Shown here: in pieces, positions 1 through 11,069 of the stretch
How positions within the stretch are numbered: position 1 is the first letter of the stretch
How the letters are laid out: every line of letters starts with the position of its first letter
Source: Halocafeteria seosinensis
Taxonomy: Eukaryota
Length of the DNA stretch: 64,000 nt
Reading direction: 5' to 3'
Assembly: GCA_001687465.1 (NCBI GenBank)
Contig: LVLI01000013.1
Coordinates: 1-64,000, forward strand
Notes under the pieces: model-generated
What the model saw: the letters and a program-made list of their open reading frames with translations, nothing else
Databases searched by the model: none
Told to the model about the DNA's origin: nothing
Made by a program: the position numbers and the translations under genes

Positions 1-166
1 CTTGCAGTCATTCCCCTTATATTTATCGGGGCAGTTGCATTTGAGTGTGTCCACAGTAGTCACTCGCACTGTGTAAAAGCAGTCTTCTTCAATCCACCGA
101 ATGTCTTGCCACCATCGTGGCTCAGGCAGCACCTGTAGCGAAGATTGTGGTTTTGCGAAGTCGCAG
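1..166 (-). repeat. Inverted copy of 1180-1345 (SWIM zinc-finger coding segment); probably continues off the window start
   Basis: Reverse complement of 1-166 matches 1180-1345 except taaat/tagct; weaker similarity continues ~15 nt further with indels. Confidence 0.95.
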
Positions 167-492
167 AGTAACATGACTGAGCAGGCAGGAGAGCATGTCG
201 AGAACGAGGAGGATGATAGGGATTCCGATTGCTCCGAAATATCCGACACCGAAGAGGTGAATGCGAACGATAGCGGTGCCTCGGATGACAGCAAGTACGT
301 GGAAACAGATGAGGAAGAGGAGGCGGTCCACCAGCCAGTAGGTGGACACGGAAATCAGCCAGTTGAGCAGCGAAATGGAGACAATTCTGATCTGCAGTTC
401 CCGGATTACAAGTAAGCGTAGTCACGCGATGACTTGGGCTAATCAACTTACAGTCCCTGAACCAATGAGGCAGAACACTGGAGAGAGCTCTA

Positions 493-2217
493 TTGAGCAT
501 GAGCAGTAGTCGCTCCACGACTGATGCGGCAGAAAAGGAGCAGCATATCTGCGATGGCCTGAGGGTGTTTCCCAACGGGGACGAAATGATAAAGTATTTG
601 CGACACAACTATTTCGGGGAAGACATGCGACGTACGTACCTAATCGCTTTCCGAACATCTCCAATCAATATTTGAGTGNGATGCAGCGCTCTGGGTGCTT
701 TCATCTTCATTGATTGACACCCATCTGAAGACAACGACTCAGATTGAGCGGTATGAAACTGGCAACATCGATTCATTTCTTTCGAACTTCCATTATTCCC
801 CTTGTTGCTGCAGAATGAACCGGACCACTAAATCGCGCTGGGAAAACTCCAAGAGCACGGCAGAACTAGTCTTTAATCTGAATGGACATCCGTCATATCC
901 ACTAAGTGCTTGGTTAACACCAGGCACGAAACCAATCAACCGGTTCTGGGAAGGTAAGATTGCCATGGCTAATTCACTACTCATACTCAACGCTAACTTG
1001 ATATCCAAACAGGAGGTTTGCGTCGTCGTGAACCAACAGTAATTAATAGGGAAGAAAAAGCCCACATTCTTCATGACTGGGCGTTGCGAAAACCAGCTTT
1101 CCATAATGGATGTTTCTGTACCCCAGCAATCCAGCAAATGACTCACCGCACATATAAGGTTAGTCAGCTCATGTCTACCCTGCGACTTCGCAAAACCACA
1201 ATCTTCGCTACAGGTGCTGCCTGAGCCACGATGGTGGCAAGACATTCGGTGGATTGAAGAAGACTGCTTTTACACAGTGCGAGTGACTACTGTGGACACA
1301 CTCAAATGCAACTGCCCCGATAGCTATAAGGGGAATGACTGCAAGCATCAAAAACTGGTAAGAGAATTCGATCCCACGCTCCTCAGCCTGGGATCAAGTG
1401 AGTCCGAAACAGCGATCCACGATGTTCCTCATGGGCCTACTCCCCAGTTGCAAGTGCTGCGACAATCTGTTAGAAACAAAAGCAGTTCAAGAATGAGTGA
1501 ATCAGAGGAGAAAGGTTCAGCGCATTTATAATACGTACAAGAAATACGCAGGTAAATCGCGCGATGCACTTTTTGAAACGCTTGGCCAGACCGGAGATAT
1601 GCAAGGATTGCTACTGGGATACGAGCCACGAATCTACACGGACGAGTGGCTGAAGCTTCAACATCTTCTTCAGCGTGACAGTAAGTTCATCTACGCTTGC
1701 TCTCCCAGTCAAGTACCCTGAATTCCTAGCCTCTCGTCCAGATCGCGGTGAGCTTCCACGAGATTTGTCTCAACCCGGCATCAGATTGCTGGCATTGGAT
1801 GGAGATGTCAATGTATCGGTAATGAAGGCTTGTCTCCAGTTCATATGCTATGAAACAAACTATCGCTGGTTTTGCAAACCTGATGACGGGGATCTATCAG
1901 AAATTAACGAGGTTACCGATTCCTTCGTCCTCGCCGAGCACTATACCTCGGAAACAGGTGCCTCACAAGGATGGAATTTGCACATTTTCAAGCAGTCACA
2001 GCTCGAAGGCTTCGACGTTGAACCCTATTGGCCGCTGTTACCCCCACAACAGCCCTTACGGAGTCACCTCACAGAGCGAGGTTTGCACATAATCCTCCAA
2101 ACAGTAACTCAGCCACAAGGGCCTTCAACAAATAGCTTTCCCAACACAGCATTAATTTGTATGGGGATTTTGCGCTCCAAGTTGTGGAACCAGCCATTTT
2201 ATTTCTCCAGTCGATAA
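493..2217 (+). mobile_element. Degenerate MULE-like transposase remnant with SWIM zinc finger, followed by a possible Ulp1-like protease remnant
   Basis: ORF 1214-1531 has CNCPDSYKGNDCKH (CxC..CxH, SWIM). Upstream pieces KYLRHNYF..TYLIAFR and TTTQIE resemble the MULE C-terminal TTN.IE region. Downstream PPQQ..ERGLHII loosely resembles the Ulp1 PQQ.N..DCG motif. Broken into several short ORFs; N at 679. Confidence 0.5.
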
Positions 2218-3251
2218 ATAGCATACCAGAGGAGAAAACTCGTCCTGGAGCTCGTGGACTGGTACCGTCGTAACTAGGTACCAATCTTCAGCTCGAAGGT
2301 ATGGTGGTGCCGTAGCATAGCAAGGTGCAGCCTCTGATCCTGTACTGACTATCGACGCTATTTCATTTCACTCCATTCTGCATGGGCACATACACTGATC
2401 CAATTGGTGTTTCCATCGTTTATTAGAGTGAACGAGGTTGTACATGTTTTCCGTGTCTCGTCACTAGCCAGAATACCGGGTCTCTATTTCCATCCCTTCT
2501 ACTTCTAAGGAAGTTTAGTCCTNACGCCCGCCACTCGAAGTCGTCAAAATTACAGACAGAATAAACTCTATTTATCATTCGAAAAACGAAAAATGATTCT
2601 CAGAAATCCTCACTCGAACAATTTCAGGTTCCATCTACTCCCATAGCGGCACACGGAAGTCACTTTCGCAAATATGATGGAGAAATTTCATGAAGCCACA
2701 GCATACATCAGCGGAGTGCTCTCGAGTGTACTTTGCGCCCCCGCCCTCCTTTACTGTCGACGCTACCCTCCTCTTCATTTCGTGTCAGTCATCTTCCATG
2801 CACGACGTTGACCTCTCCTCAACAAATCACATTGAGAGCCGCGACATCCTTAGACGCTTAATTGTCACATTGACAGCAGAGCAACCTCTAAATGCAACTT
2901 ACTGACGGCTTTTACAGCCATTTGGGAAGCTTACGGTAGCTCATCACTTGCAAGCAATCCTGGGCTTTTCACTCCTCCTATGGAATTTCCCAATGGTCTG
3001 TTGCTATGTCAAATCAAGTGGACTTACTTTTAACATCTCGAATAGCTTGAGTGTATGAGAATTGGAGTCCAATCTACCTCCTATGCTAGGCAGCGTGTGG
3101 GGTGAACCCTACCCGAAATCTCTGCAGCGACCCGTAATAAGACTGGAAATCATGCTATGTGGTTCAGCCGCGTAGTTAAAGCCAGGTCCTCATTGGATCT
3201 GGCCCTTCTCTGTACTCGTACCTGAAAAATAAACACGAACCCGGAACCGCT

Positions 3252-4171
3252 CTAGCATCTCACGTTGTGGCGCATCAACGTGATATACACTTTGGCTACC
3301 ATCAGCTTCCGAAAGCCCCGTGTCTCCCAGATGCTTTTCTGAAAATTCTCTTTAGGAACTTGGTGGCGTCTTCGCTGAAGCCACCTGCAGCCTCTATCAC
3401 GTGTGATGACCCCTCAGATTTCCGTATCTTGTCCGTTTCTTTTACTCAGACTCCACCGCGATGGTGAGGGGTTACCCTGCTGTCGCTGATAATCTGTGTA
3501 TTGTGAGATCACGATGACGTAAACTGCGCGCGTTACGCTTTTCCTACCAGGTACATGACCGGCCTCACTTCTCCTTCGTTCTGCGCATCTACAAGCACCT
3601 CTCTCCACGGCCAAATGCCCACGCGAAAGTAACTCTCAAGTTCCATACTATCCTGCCATGAGGGTGGATCGTTTGTGTGGTGTTCCCTTTTTTGCCGCAT
3701 CCCACTGCGTGCTGCAGCCGGTCGTCAATGGGTCCGTCTCCACAGAATTCACCGACTGGCTCCGTACACAGGTTAGTTTGAGGGAGCCTAAGGCGTAGAC
3801 GCAGTGCTACCATGTCTCTGCGTCAGTAAGTGTAAACCCTTTCCTTGGTATGCGTATAGTCAGGCGGCTAATCTGTCCGTTTGGGGACTGTAAGTAGCGC
3901 TTTCTGCTGTGGGTTTAGCGTCCCTTTCAGGGTCCGTGTAGCTACTCTCTGCAACATCTTGCTTGAGCTTCGGTTTCTCCCAGCACCTTTCGTAGTATGC
4001 ATTCGGGAGTCCGATCGTTTCCTGTACCGCGTTCCGACTCGAAACTCTCCACCAGACTTGGTAAGGGATTCTTGCGTTGTTGAGCGAGCGGGCCCTGCTC
4101 ATTTCCTGCCACTTGCTGGATCGTTTTTGACGCGTCGAGATCTGCGCGGATAGCTCCCTTTGCCAGTTCAT
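3252..4171 (-). mobile_element. Degenerate 3' end of a CRE-like non-LTR retrotransposon (zinc knuckle + restriction-like endonuclease)
   Basis: Minus-strand frames give in order: AA*LYA, VALRLRLRLP..C..C..D..HAVGC.K.G..H (CCHC knuckle), EVRP(V)MY (RPD-like), KETDKIRK, VIEAAGGFSEDATKFL, ITLMRHN*. This is the motif order of CRE-clade RLE C-termini, with stops and frameshifts. Confidence 0.7.
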
Positions 4172-4476
4172 CGTGGCATGAATTTCTATTCCAGCATCCC
4201 ATGCTTAATCCAGTTTCCAGTGTGGTTCTTTCCCGTAGATGGTTCTCATGAAATTGCTCATTGTCGGACCCAGAATTATGATATCTATACCGGTCAATCG
4301 TCGTACTATGTTTTGTGTAGGGATAATAGGGCTCCATTCGTCTTCGCTTATGTCTTGGTTGTCTGCGACCAGGACATATATCCTTGTTGGCCTTCAGCTC
4401 CTGAAGCCTGTTGCTTCAGATGACACAACCGACCAAAAACAGCGAGCCATGAGATCGTAACAGGAGACCTCCCTCA

Positions 4477-4721
4477 GACTGAGATCTGAAATGAACGAAA
4501 CTCTCGAAGTTTCGACGCACCGGTGAGGCAAGCACTATTATCTCCCTACAAGATTGCATTGTCTGTATCCGCTTTCTTCCAATGCTTGCGCCCCATTTCG
4601 TCGGACTCCGACTGAGCTCTGAAATGAACACAACTCTCGAAGTTTCGACGCACTGGTAAGGCAAGCACTATTACCCTCCTACTGAATTGCACTTTCTGTA
4701 TCCGCTTTCTTCCAATGCTTG
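4477..4721 (+). repeat. Two-copy diverged direct repeat, ~112 bp unit, 133 bp period (4477-4588 and 4610-4721)
   Basis: Both copies read gactgag.tctgaaatgaac..aactctcgaagtttcgacgcac.ggt.aggcaagcactatta...ctgtatccgctttcttccaatgcttg. Confidence 0.92.
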
Positions 4722-5021
4722 AGTTTCATGGCGCGCAGTGCAATAAACGGCTAAGGAACTTCTGTACGCAACGAAGTATTCTGCATTCTCCTGCTATTTA
4801 ACAATGGTGTCTACCTACTTTCCATTTATATACCGTTTTCTATTCCACATATCGGCCAGCAATACATGCTACAGAGCCCAATATATGACGTACAAGTGCG
4901 TAGCTGATGCGCGGTGCCGTGTCCCACCCTCTCGACCGGGCCATCCGGCCCTGGCCAGGGCGTTTCCCTGCCACGCTTATGACAGAGAGGGTCAGGCTGT
5001 CCCGTTTGAAACGGGACAGCC

Positions 5022-5925
5022 TCCGCGGATAAGATCCGCCACCCGCAACCAAAGAGGGCCGGCGGACGCGATCCGCAACCGCCCGCGCCAAAGTGCCTGC
5101 GGTTTTGCGGATCGCGCGGATAAGGGGTCGCAGCAGCGGGATATACGGAAAATAGGGTAATATACAAATATAAGTGGTGTTGTTCAGTTGTTATGGGCTC
5201 CCAGAAGGGACAGTTAGCCGTAGGATGGCGACACCAAGCCAAAAATGGCCACAAGAGAAGGTGGAAGTGGCGCAGCTGCTGCAGGAAAAAAAAGCGAAGC
5301 CTGATGGGACAGCTGATAGTCCTCGATGCCGACGAGCGTGAGCAAGAGATAAAAGTAAAACAAGGGAACGTAAAATCCAAAAAGCGCTCCACCGGTGCTG
5401 GAGGTGGCTCAATACTGTAGTGCGGGAATTCTTGAAGCGAGACGCCGTTGACGAAGCAGGCATGATAACCTGCAGTTTCCCTGTAGCTAAGAAGGCAGAC
5501 ACTGAAGGGGAAGAGCTACAGTCCTAGCGAACAGAAAATCAGAATGCTCGCTCAAGCACAAGCAACCTGAAACGCCACTTGGAATCAGTTCATAGAGAAG
5601 TGCAGAAGGAAGTCCAGCAACAAATCGACAACAAGAAAAACGCGGCGCTCACACGACCGCATACGAAGATATGTACGACTATGAAGACACTTTTGGCGTA
5701 GACTATGACGATGATTTAGCTGATTTAGAGCCCTAGTCTGGGCACTCGAAGTTTAGGGAATGGGGGGTCATTGCTCCCCCTGTTTTCCCCCTTTGAGGAA
5801 ACTACAAAAAATATAACCCAACGATCCGCGCGATCCGCAAAACCGCCCGCCGTCCGCAAGGCGAAATCGGCGGGTGATCCGCGAGTCATCCGCGGTCGGG
5901 CCGTATCCGCAAATTCAACACCCTG
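5022..5925 (+). mobile_element. Non-autonomous hAT-type DNA transposon, copy 1 (left TIR largely lost)
   Basis: Colinear with 12142-13069. Right end is tatccgcaaattcaacaccctg (reads CAGGG.. on the other strand). 8-bp duplication cccgtttg at 5001-5008 and 5926-5933. ATCCGC subterminal repeats. BED-finger remnant STSNLKRHLESVH. Confidence 0.88.
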
Positions 5926-6317
5926 CCCGTTTGTCTCCCCCGCGCCCATGACGGACGATCTGTCCTTTCGAGTTGAAGTTGGACTCCAAGGATTGATTAT
6001 TGGCAATTTATTGCGTAAATTTAGAGATCCTTGAGCTGCGCCAACTGCACCTGAGACACCTCGTTTGTTGCATTTCATGAAGTCTACACAAGTAGTATTG
6101 TGTGGTGATGAATATCGTTCTTACGGCATTCGTATCTTTCGTCGCTCTATATTGTGGTGTTGATATTACTGTATTCTATGTAAACACGACAACACGATTT
6201 TCCTGAGTTTTTATCTTTAACTTTCTGCTTTGGCTTTTCGTTTTCGTATCCTTCGTTAAGACTCTCAGATAGCAATGCCTCGTAGAAACAGAAAGCGTAA
6301 AGCAAGGGGGCGGGGAG

Positions 6318-7115
6318 TTGGAATCGGAGAGAGTACGTATTTCCAGCAGTGACATTCTTGACCAAGCAGGAAAACTTCGATCAGAAATTCATGAGCTTCG
6401 CAGCACAGTTGTTAACTCTCTGCAGGGACTAACGGAAGAAATTAAGGTTTTGAAGGATCTTCAAAGGAAGGAAGAGATTGATAGAGTCCCTGTAAGTCCT
6501 TCGGGTACACCACTAACAAGCTCGGCTCAAAGGAAAAGATCCCGTTCCCCCTCCAAAACTGGAGTAAATGAAGAAAGCAGCCAAGATAGAGCGAAAGTGA
6601 CGTTTTCAAAGAAATCCTTGAACGATGTGCTACAGAAGAAGCCAACCATACTGAAGGAGTTTTGCATCGAAAAACTGAAGGGGTATAGATTGTCTACGTT
6701 TCTCGGTGATTACGTACGACACGGCTTGGCCAAACCAGGCATGTTGTCAGCGGCCTGCAAAAACAAGCAAGATCGAGGGTACCTTTCGAAAGTGATTAAT
6801 TTTGCCAGGAAAGACCCTGCTTCTCAAAAGTTATTTGAATGCAGCAAATTGGACGTGTCAAAACGTGAAGTAAAGGACCAAATTAATCTGCTTGCCGCAG
6901 AGACCCAGGAACGAGTCATGGCCAGACTAGCTGACCTAGAAAAGGAGATTCCAACAAACGAGAAGAGCGAAGACGTCCATCGGAAGAAGAGAGAGAAAAC
7001 AGGCCTCGTTTCAGCTGTAGCGAAAAGAATACCTTCTGACGATAAAGTAGTTCCTCGAAGGCAAGCAAATTCATTCTTTAACCTCGGTTCTTCACAGTCC
7101 GCTAGTGACCCGTAG
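6318..7115 (+). CDS. Hypothetical K/E/S-rich protein, possibly the C-terminal part of a transposon-associated gene
   Basis: 265-codon open frame with coiled-coil-like N-terminal part; starts at TTG with no ATG near the start; family not recognised. Confidence 0.35.
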   Translation: MESERVRISSSDILDQAGKLRSEIHELRSTVVNSLQGLTEEIKVLKDLQRKEEIDRVPVSPSGTPLTSSAQRKRSRSPSKTGVNEESSQDRAKVTFSKKSLNDVLQKKPTILKEFCIEKLKGYRLSTFLGDYVRHGLAKPGMLSAACKNKQDRGYLSKVINFARKDPASQKLFECSKLDVSKREVKDQINLLAAETQERVMARLADLEKEIPTNEKSEDVHRKKREKTGLVSAVAKRIPSDDKVVPRRQANSFFNLGSSQSASDP

Positions 7116-7197
7116 AGCTATGCATCAAGATTGACGTTAACCAAGGAAAACATACGAAACACCCGAATCCATACTCGCTCATCTCAGTTTGTCTTAC

Positions 7198-7423
7198 CAT
7201 CACCTAGCAGTTCTTTCAGATTTTCATGGAAATGAGGGCCCTTCACATAATTATGCGTTTCTCGATGCAACCAAAGCCTTTATTGTTTTCAATGTCAAGC
7301 ATAAATCACATTTCTCCTTACATTGAAATGCAACTTCAACATGTGTTCGACGCAATTAGGATCGTGAATAATAATGAAGCGCGGAATGAGCGGCAGTTTG
7401 ACCTGGAATGTATCCCCTTGGAA
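7198..7423 (-). pseudogene. Cytochrome P450 N-terminal fragment (CYP86/CYP704-clan-like), two exons
   Basis: Exon 7423-7322 FQGDTFQVKLPLIPRFIIIHDPNCVEHMLKLHFN joins exon 7252-7198 NYVKGPHFHENLKELLGD(G). The acceptor reads gcat instead of gcag; no further P450 exons seen downstream. Confidence 0.75.
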
Positions 7424-9206
7424 CTGTACAACGGGGTAGGATAAACAAATCGTATCCTCTTCAACGGGAACCGTTCCGTCGAGACAAACTTCTGAGCACT
7501 CAACAACATTTATGGCATGGTAAGCCAGTTTATTGCTCCAGTAGAAACGATAAATGGCCGCGTTCAACTGCCAGCGGACCCGATGGCGTTGTCCAATGTG
7601 GATGCGGAATTCCACNTTGATGCCAGGAGTTGAGCAATTGGAGCTTTCTAGTTTGGAGGACGTGAGCTTCTGTAGCTAAGATACGACTTCTCAGCACACA
7701 TATGCTTGTTCGACTGGCCTCAATGACAGATGCCTGCTACTCATCCTCATTCACTCGCTCGTTGATACGAAGCGTTGGATCATGAAATCTGCTTTACGTT
7801 TGAAGTCTGGCCGGACGCAATCACTTTTTCATCCTTGATAAACCGCGAGTGACCAAACATTTGTCGTCACTATCCAGTCCCCACAGTTGTATATTCATCC
7901 AATGATTGAAAAGCGGCGTTACATGCACACCCGTGTTATACATTGTAGTGGACTCGGCTCCACATCGGCCGGGTTGCGCACTGTGTATCGAAGTGCATCT
8001 GTCCCACAACGTTTATCGTTCTTGGCAGATAGTGTGTACTGCAGTATGATTCCCTACATGATTCCAACGACGGCAAGAATGTCAATGCACACTCCTTGTT
8101 AGTGTTGAGCAGACTAGACTATACTTTCATCTCCATCCATCCCGGACAGCAGTCCGGGAACTACAGTTCCTTCGAAGTGAAAAATGCCAAGGGGGTCGAG
8201 AACACGATTTGCCGAGTGAGCAGCAGGCACAGGTCATCTTCGTCCATGCTAAACGTCGCTAGTAATCCTGAAATGGCAGTGGCAGGAAGTTGTACATGGG
8301 CACAACCAGTGTGGAGTCTCATGCTGCCGCACACCTGCGTAGCCGAGGGAACGCGGGACTCTCACTCACCCTGACAAGGAGTTTCGCTTCTGAGGACAGA
8401 ACCCCATCGGATTTGAGCAAACACTTTGAGACTGTCCGAGTATACTCAGATCAGATGAGCGAAGTGCAACCAGTGTGGTTTGCAAGAATGAATACATTCC
8501 ACCGTACAACCTGAGGACAGACGAATCCTTGTGGACGAAGCTATTGCTGGCAAGCGCAAGTGCCGATGATCAGACTCCGATAAGCCAATGGGTGTAGAAC
8601 TACCACCGAGTTCTGGGCACCTTCGTCGTCAACAAGCGGCGATGTAGGTAGCGCACTGGAATCATCAAAGTTAGTTGTTGTGGCTTGGTTTGGTCAGAAA
8701 GATATGACCCATTCCTGCTAAGAGGAACATATGGTGCACGTTCCTCCGAATGAACCTAATGAAGGCCCTATAAGAAGAGGACAAGGTAACGATGCAATGA
8801 CATTGGGACTTCTCTCATTGAGCTTGCACCCATATAACAAGTCTGCAGTCTACTCTCCTCCAAATCCCAGGCTCAACTAGCTCCCTGGCTTATTCGAGGG
8901 TCTTCGACCGAGCGATCTCCTCAACCAGCGGTCTCAACTGCACAGTAAAAGCTCACTTGAAAACGAAACAGGCCAAGTATTACATTGTAAACACCTAGAC
9001 TCGTTGTGGTTGCAGTCCAGACTGTCAAGGCACGGCAAAAATCTACGCAGAAGTATTCTTCGCCACCCATCTACACGAGGAGATGTTCCTGTCCCTGAAA
9101 ACATAGTCCTTTTAGTCTTATAATACGGATTGGCAGTCTAACAATGCACAAACAAGACGATATCCAGTACTGTTCGGCGCTCCATTCTGTTGGGGTGGGG
9201 AGCCCC

Positions 9207-9412
9207 TACGTTCCGACTCCTTCCGACCGCGTCGAGAACCACTAATTGCTCATTTCTGCAGACTGAACACACCAAAACTGAGAAAAAAAGAGAACACAAG
9301 AACGATTCAGGATGGTGTGTTTCGAGGAAGACCACCTCTGGGTCCACGGCACGCCGAGGAAGTGTCCGACCTGACGGTCGGACCGAACCGACCTGGCGGT
9401 CGGAAACTCGTA
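9207..9412. repeat. MITE-like remnant with repeated CCGAC motifs and twin hairpins
   Basis: gtccgacc-tgac-ggtcggac (9364-9383) and ccgacc-tggc-ggtcgg (9388-9403); tacgttccgac near 9207 is an imperfect inverted match to gtcggaaactcgta near 9399-9412. Confidence 0.4.
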
Positions 9413-9653
9413 CATTTTGTCAGTTCAGCACATAAGGATTTCGCAATGATCTTCACGCCAAGAAGGGTGTATCGAATACGTGTAATGATTACTAATGAAC
9501 AGCACTATGAAGAAAGACCTGTCGATAAGCTGAATATCGCTCCAATTTGTGGCGTATGTATTGGTCCGATGAATGTTTGTTTGAATTGGGCCGAATAATC
9601 AAATGTCAACGGGTTGGGAACTTAAGGCAGTGAGGGATCCTTGGTCTTACCAA

Positions 9654-10781
9654 CTACCACCTCCAGGGAGAATTCGTGAATGCGGACACACGCTTCACAA
9701 TACGATTCCAGTGGGCTCGTTTGCCTCTGACGGTTTTGCTAAAAAGCGGAATCCAGCGTCCAACCGTCTGTACATCTCTAGGCTTGTGTGTTATGCCTTT
9801 TTCATATACGATGAATTGATTGTACAAATGAATGTGCTTGACTTGCTGAGGAATAGTTCGCCACCATGATTCAGAAAAAAAGTCGTTTGGCAAATCACTG
9901 TACTTCCTTCCGCCCTGCCTGATCCACGCGAACATGAACCAGTCCAGTGTTTTGTGCACGAGACCAAAGGCAGTTTTTTCCAAGAATTCCTGATTTCTTA
10001 CATCTCTCCTAGGTATTCCGCCGTGTTTTCTCGACCATGACGTACCCAAGTCTTCACATACGTAAACACCTTCCGAGTGTACATGAGGTAGCATTTCACG
10101 AATTGCAGTCATTTGTTCCCTCATAGTATGTCCGCCATCATCAAGGAAAATATCGACATGAGGGTATTTTTGTCGGATTCTGGCCAAAAAGGTGGGGTCA
10201 CTGGCGTCACCGATCTCAATATTGACCCACGGCTCACTCTCGAAGACTTTAGTTGCCGGATTGATATCAATGCCGACATATGTAAATCCTGGTCCAAAGT
10301 AATCTCGCAGAAGAGGGATTTTCCCGCCGCTTTGCACACCAACCTCCATAAAGACTAAATCACTTCCTCGAAATCTATAGAAATGATTGTGGTAACCTTC
10401 AAGGTAATGAATCCATGTATCGAATCCTGGAAGTTCCGGGAAGTATGTCACATTTCCTGCAGTTTGCATATTTTTGCTAAGCCGGTACAAATAGTTGTGG
10501 AAGGGGGTAAAGGCATCAGTGGTCGCTCCAGGGATGAACTCGACATGCTCAGTGTGTTCCAAAGGGAGGACGTCCCATACATTTTTTCGAGCCGCATTAT
10601 CCCCGTTGGTTCTGAGTGTGGCCGATGGTGGCCGCTCATTACAGTCACTGCAACCCGACGGATTAGTCTGAAACGCATTCAACAGCTGTGCTGAAAAGCC
10701 GACCATTGACCCAGCTATGAAGCTGACGACAATGGCCCCAAATTGACAGACACGCAAACAGCGCTGGGAAAAGTAGACCAT
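9654..10781 (-). CDS. Class I SAM-dependent methyltransferase (MycE/sugar-O-methyltransferase-like) with N-terminal signal anchor
   Basis: Intronless 375 aa. Motifs W.HY..Y..HF, MEVGVQSGG, YVGIDIN, IEIGDASD, DIFLDDGGH, GVYVCEDLGTSW. Hydrophobic segment FGAIVVSFIAGSMVGF near the N-terminus. Confidence 0.88.
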   Translation of the reverse strand: MVYFSQRCLRVCQFGAIVVSFIAGSMVGFSAQLLNAFQTNPSGCSDCNERPPSATLRTNGDNAARKNVWDVLPLEHTEHVEFIPGATTDAFTPFHNYLYRLSKNMQTAGNVTYFPELPGFDTWIHYLEGYHNHFYRFRGSDLVFMEVGVQSGGKIPLLRDYFGPGFTYVGIDINPATKVFESEPWVNIEIGDASDPTFLARIRQKYPHVDIFLDDGGHTMREQMTAIREMLPHVHSEGVYVCEDLGTSWSRKHGGIPRRDVRNQEFLEKTAFGLVHKTLDWFMFAWIRQGGRKYSDLPNDFFSESWWRTIPQQVKHIHLYNQFIVYEKGITHKPRDVQTVGRWIPLFSKTVRGKRAHWNRIVKRVSAFTNSPWRW

Positions 10782-11069
10782 AATACAGGGTCAAGGGTGT
10801 AATTTATTATTCAAGTCTGTTGGTTCTCGCCTCGTTTCACTTCACTTCGAACGTCCTGCATACTGACTCCCCAGTACAATACCTTGGGCGGTGGAACGTG
10901 GTTCGGTCGTTCGTAACAATAATACGGAAGCAAGCATTCCTGGATGCCTTGAAAAAGCAGTCCAGCGTGTCAGCGGGGAAGAAACCCCGAAGTGATTACA
11001 TTGATTAGAGTGTGTGCGGTCTGGGTCGATCACCCTACTTGGGGCGGAACCTTTCCGGGTCTTCCGCGC

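Noticed and set aside
4477..4721. Repeat-spacer-repeat as a CRISPR-like array
   Set aside because: Only two long diverged units, eukaryotic context, no cas genes
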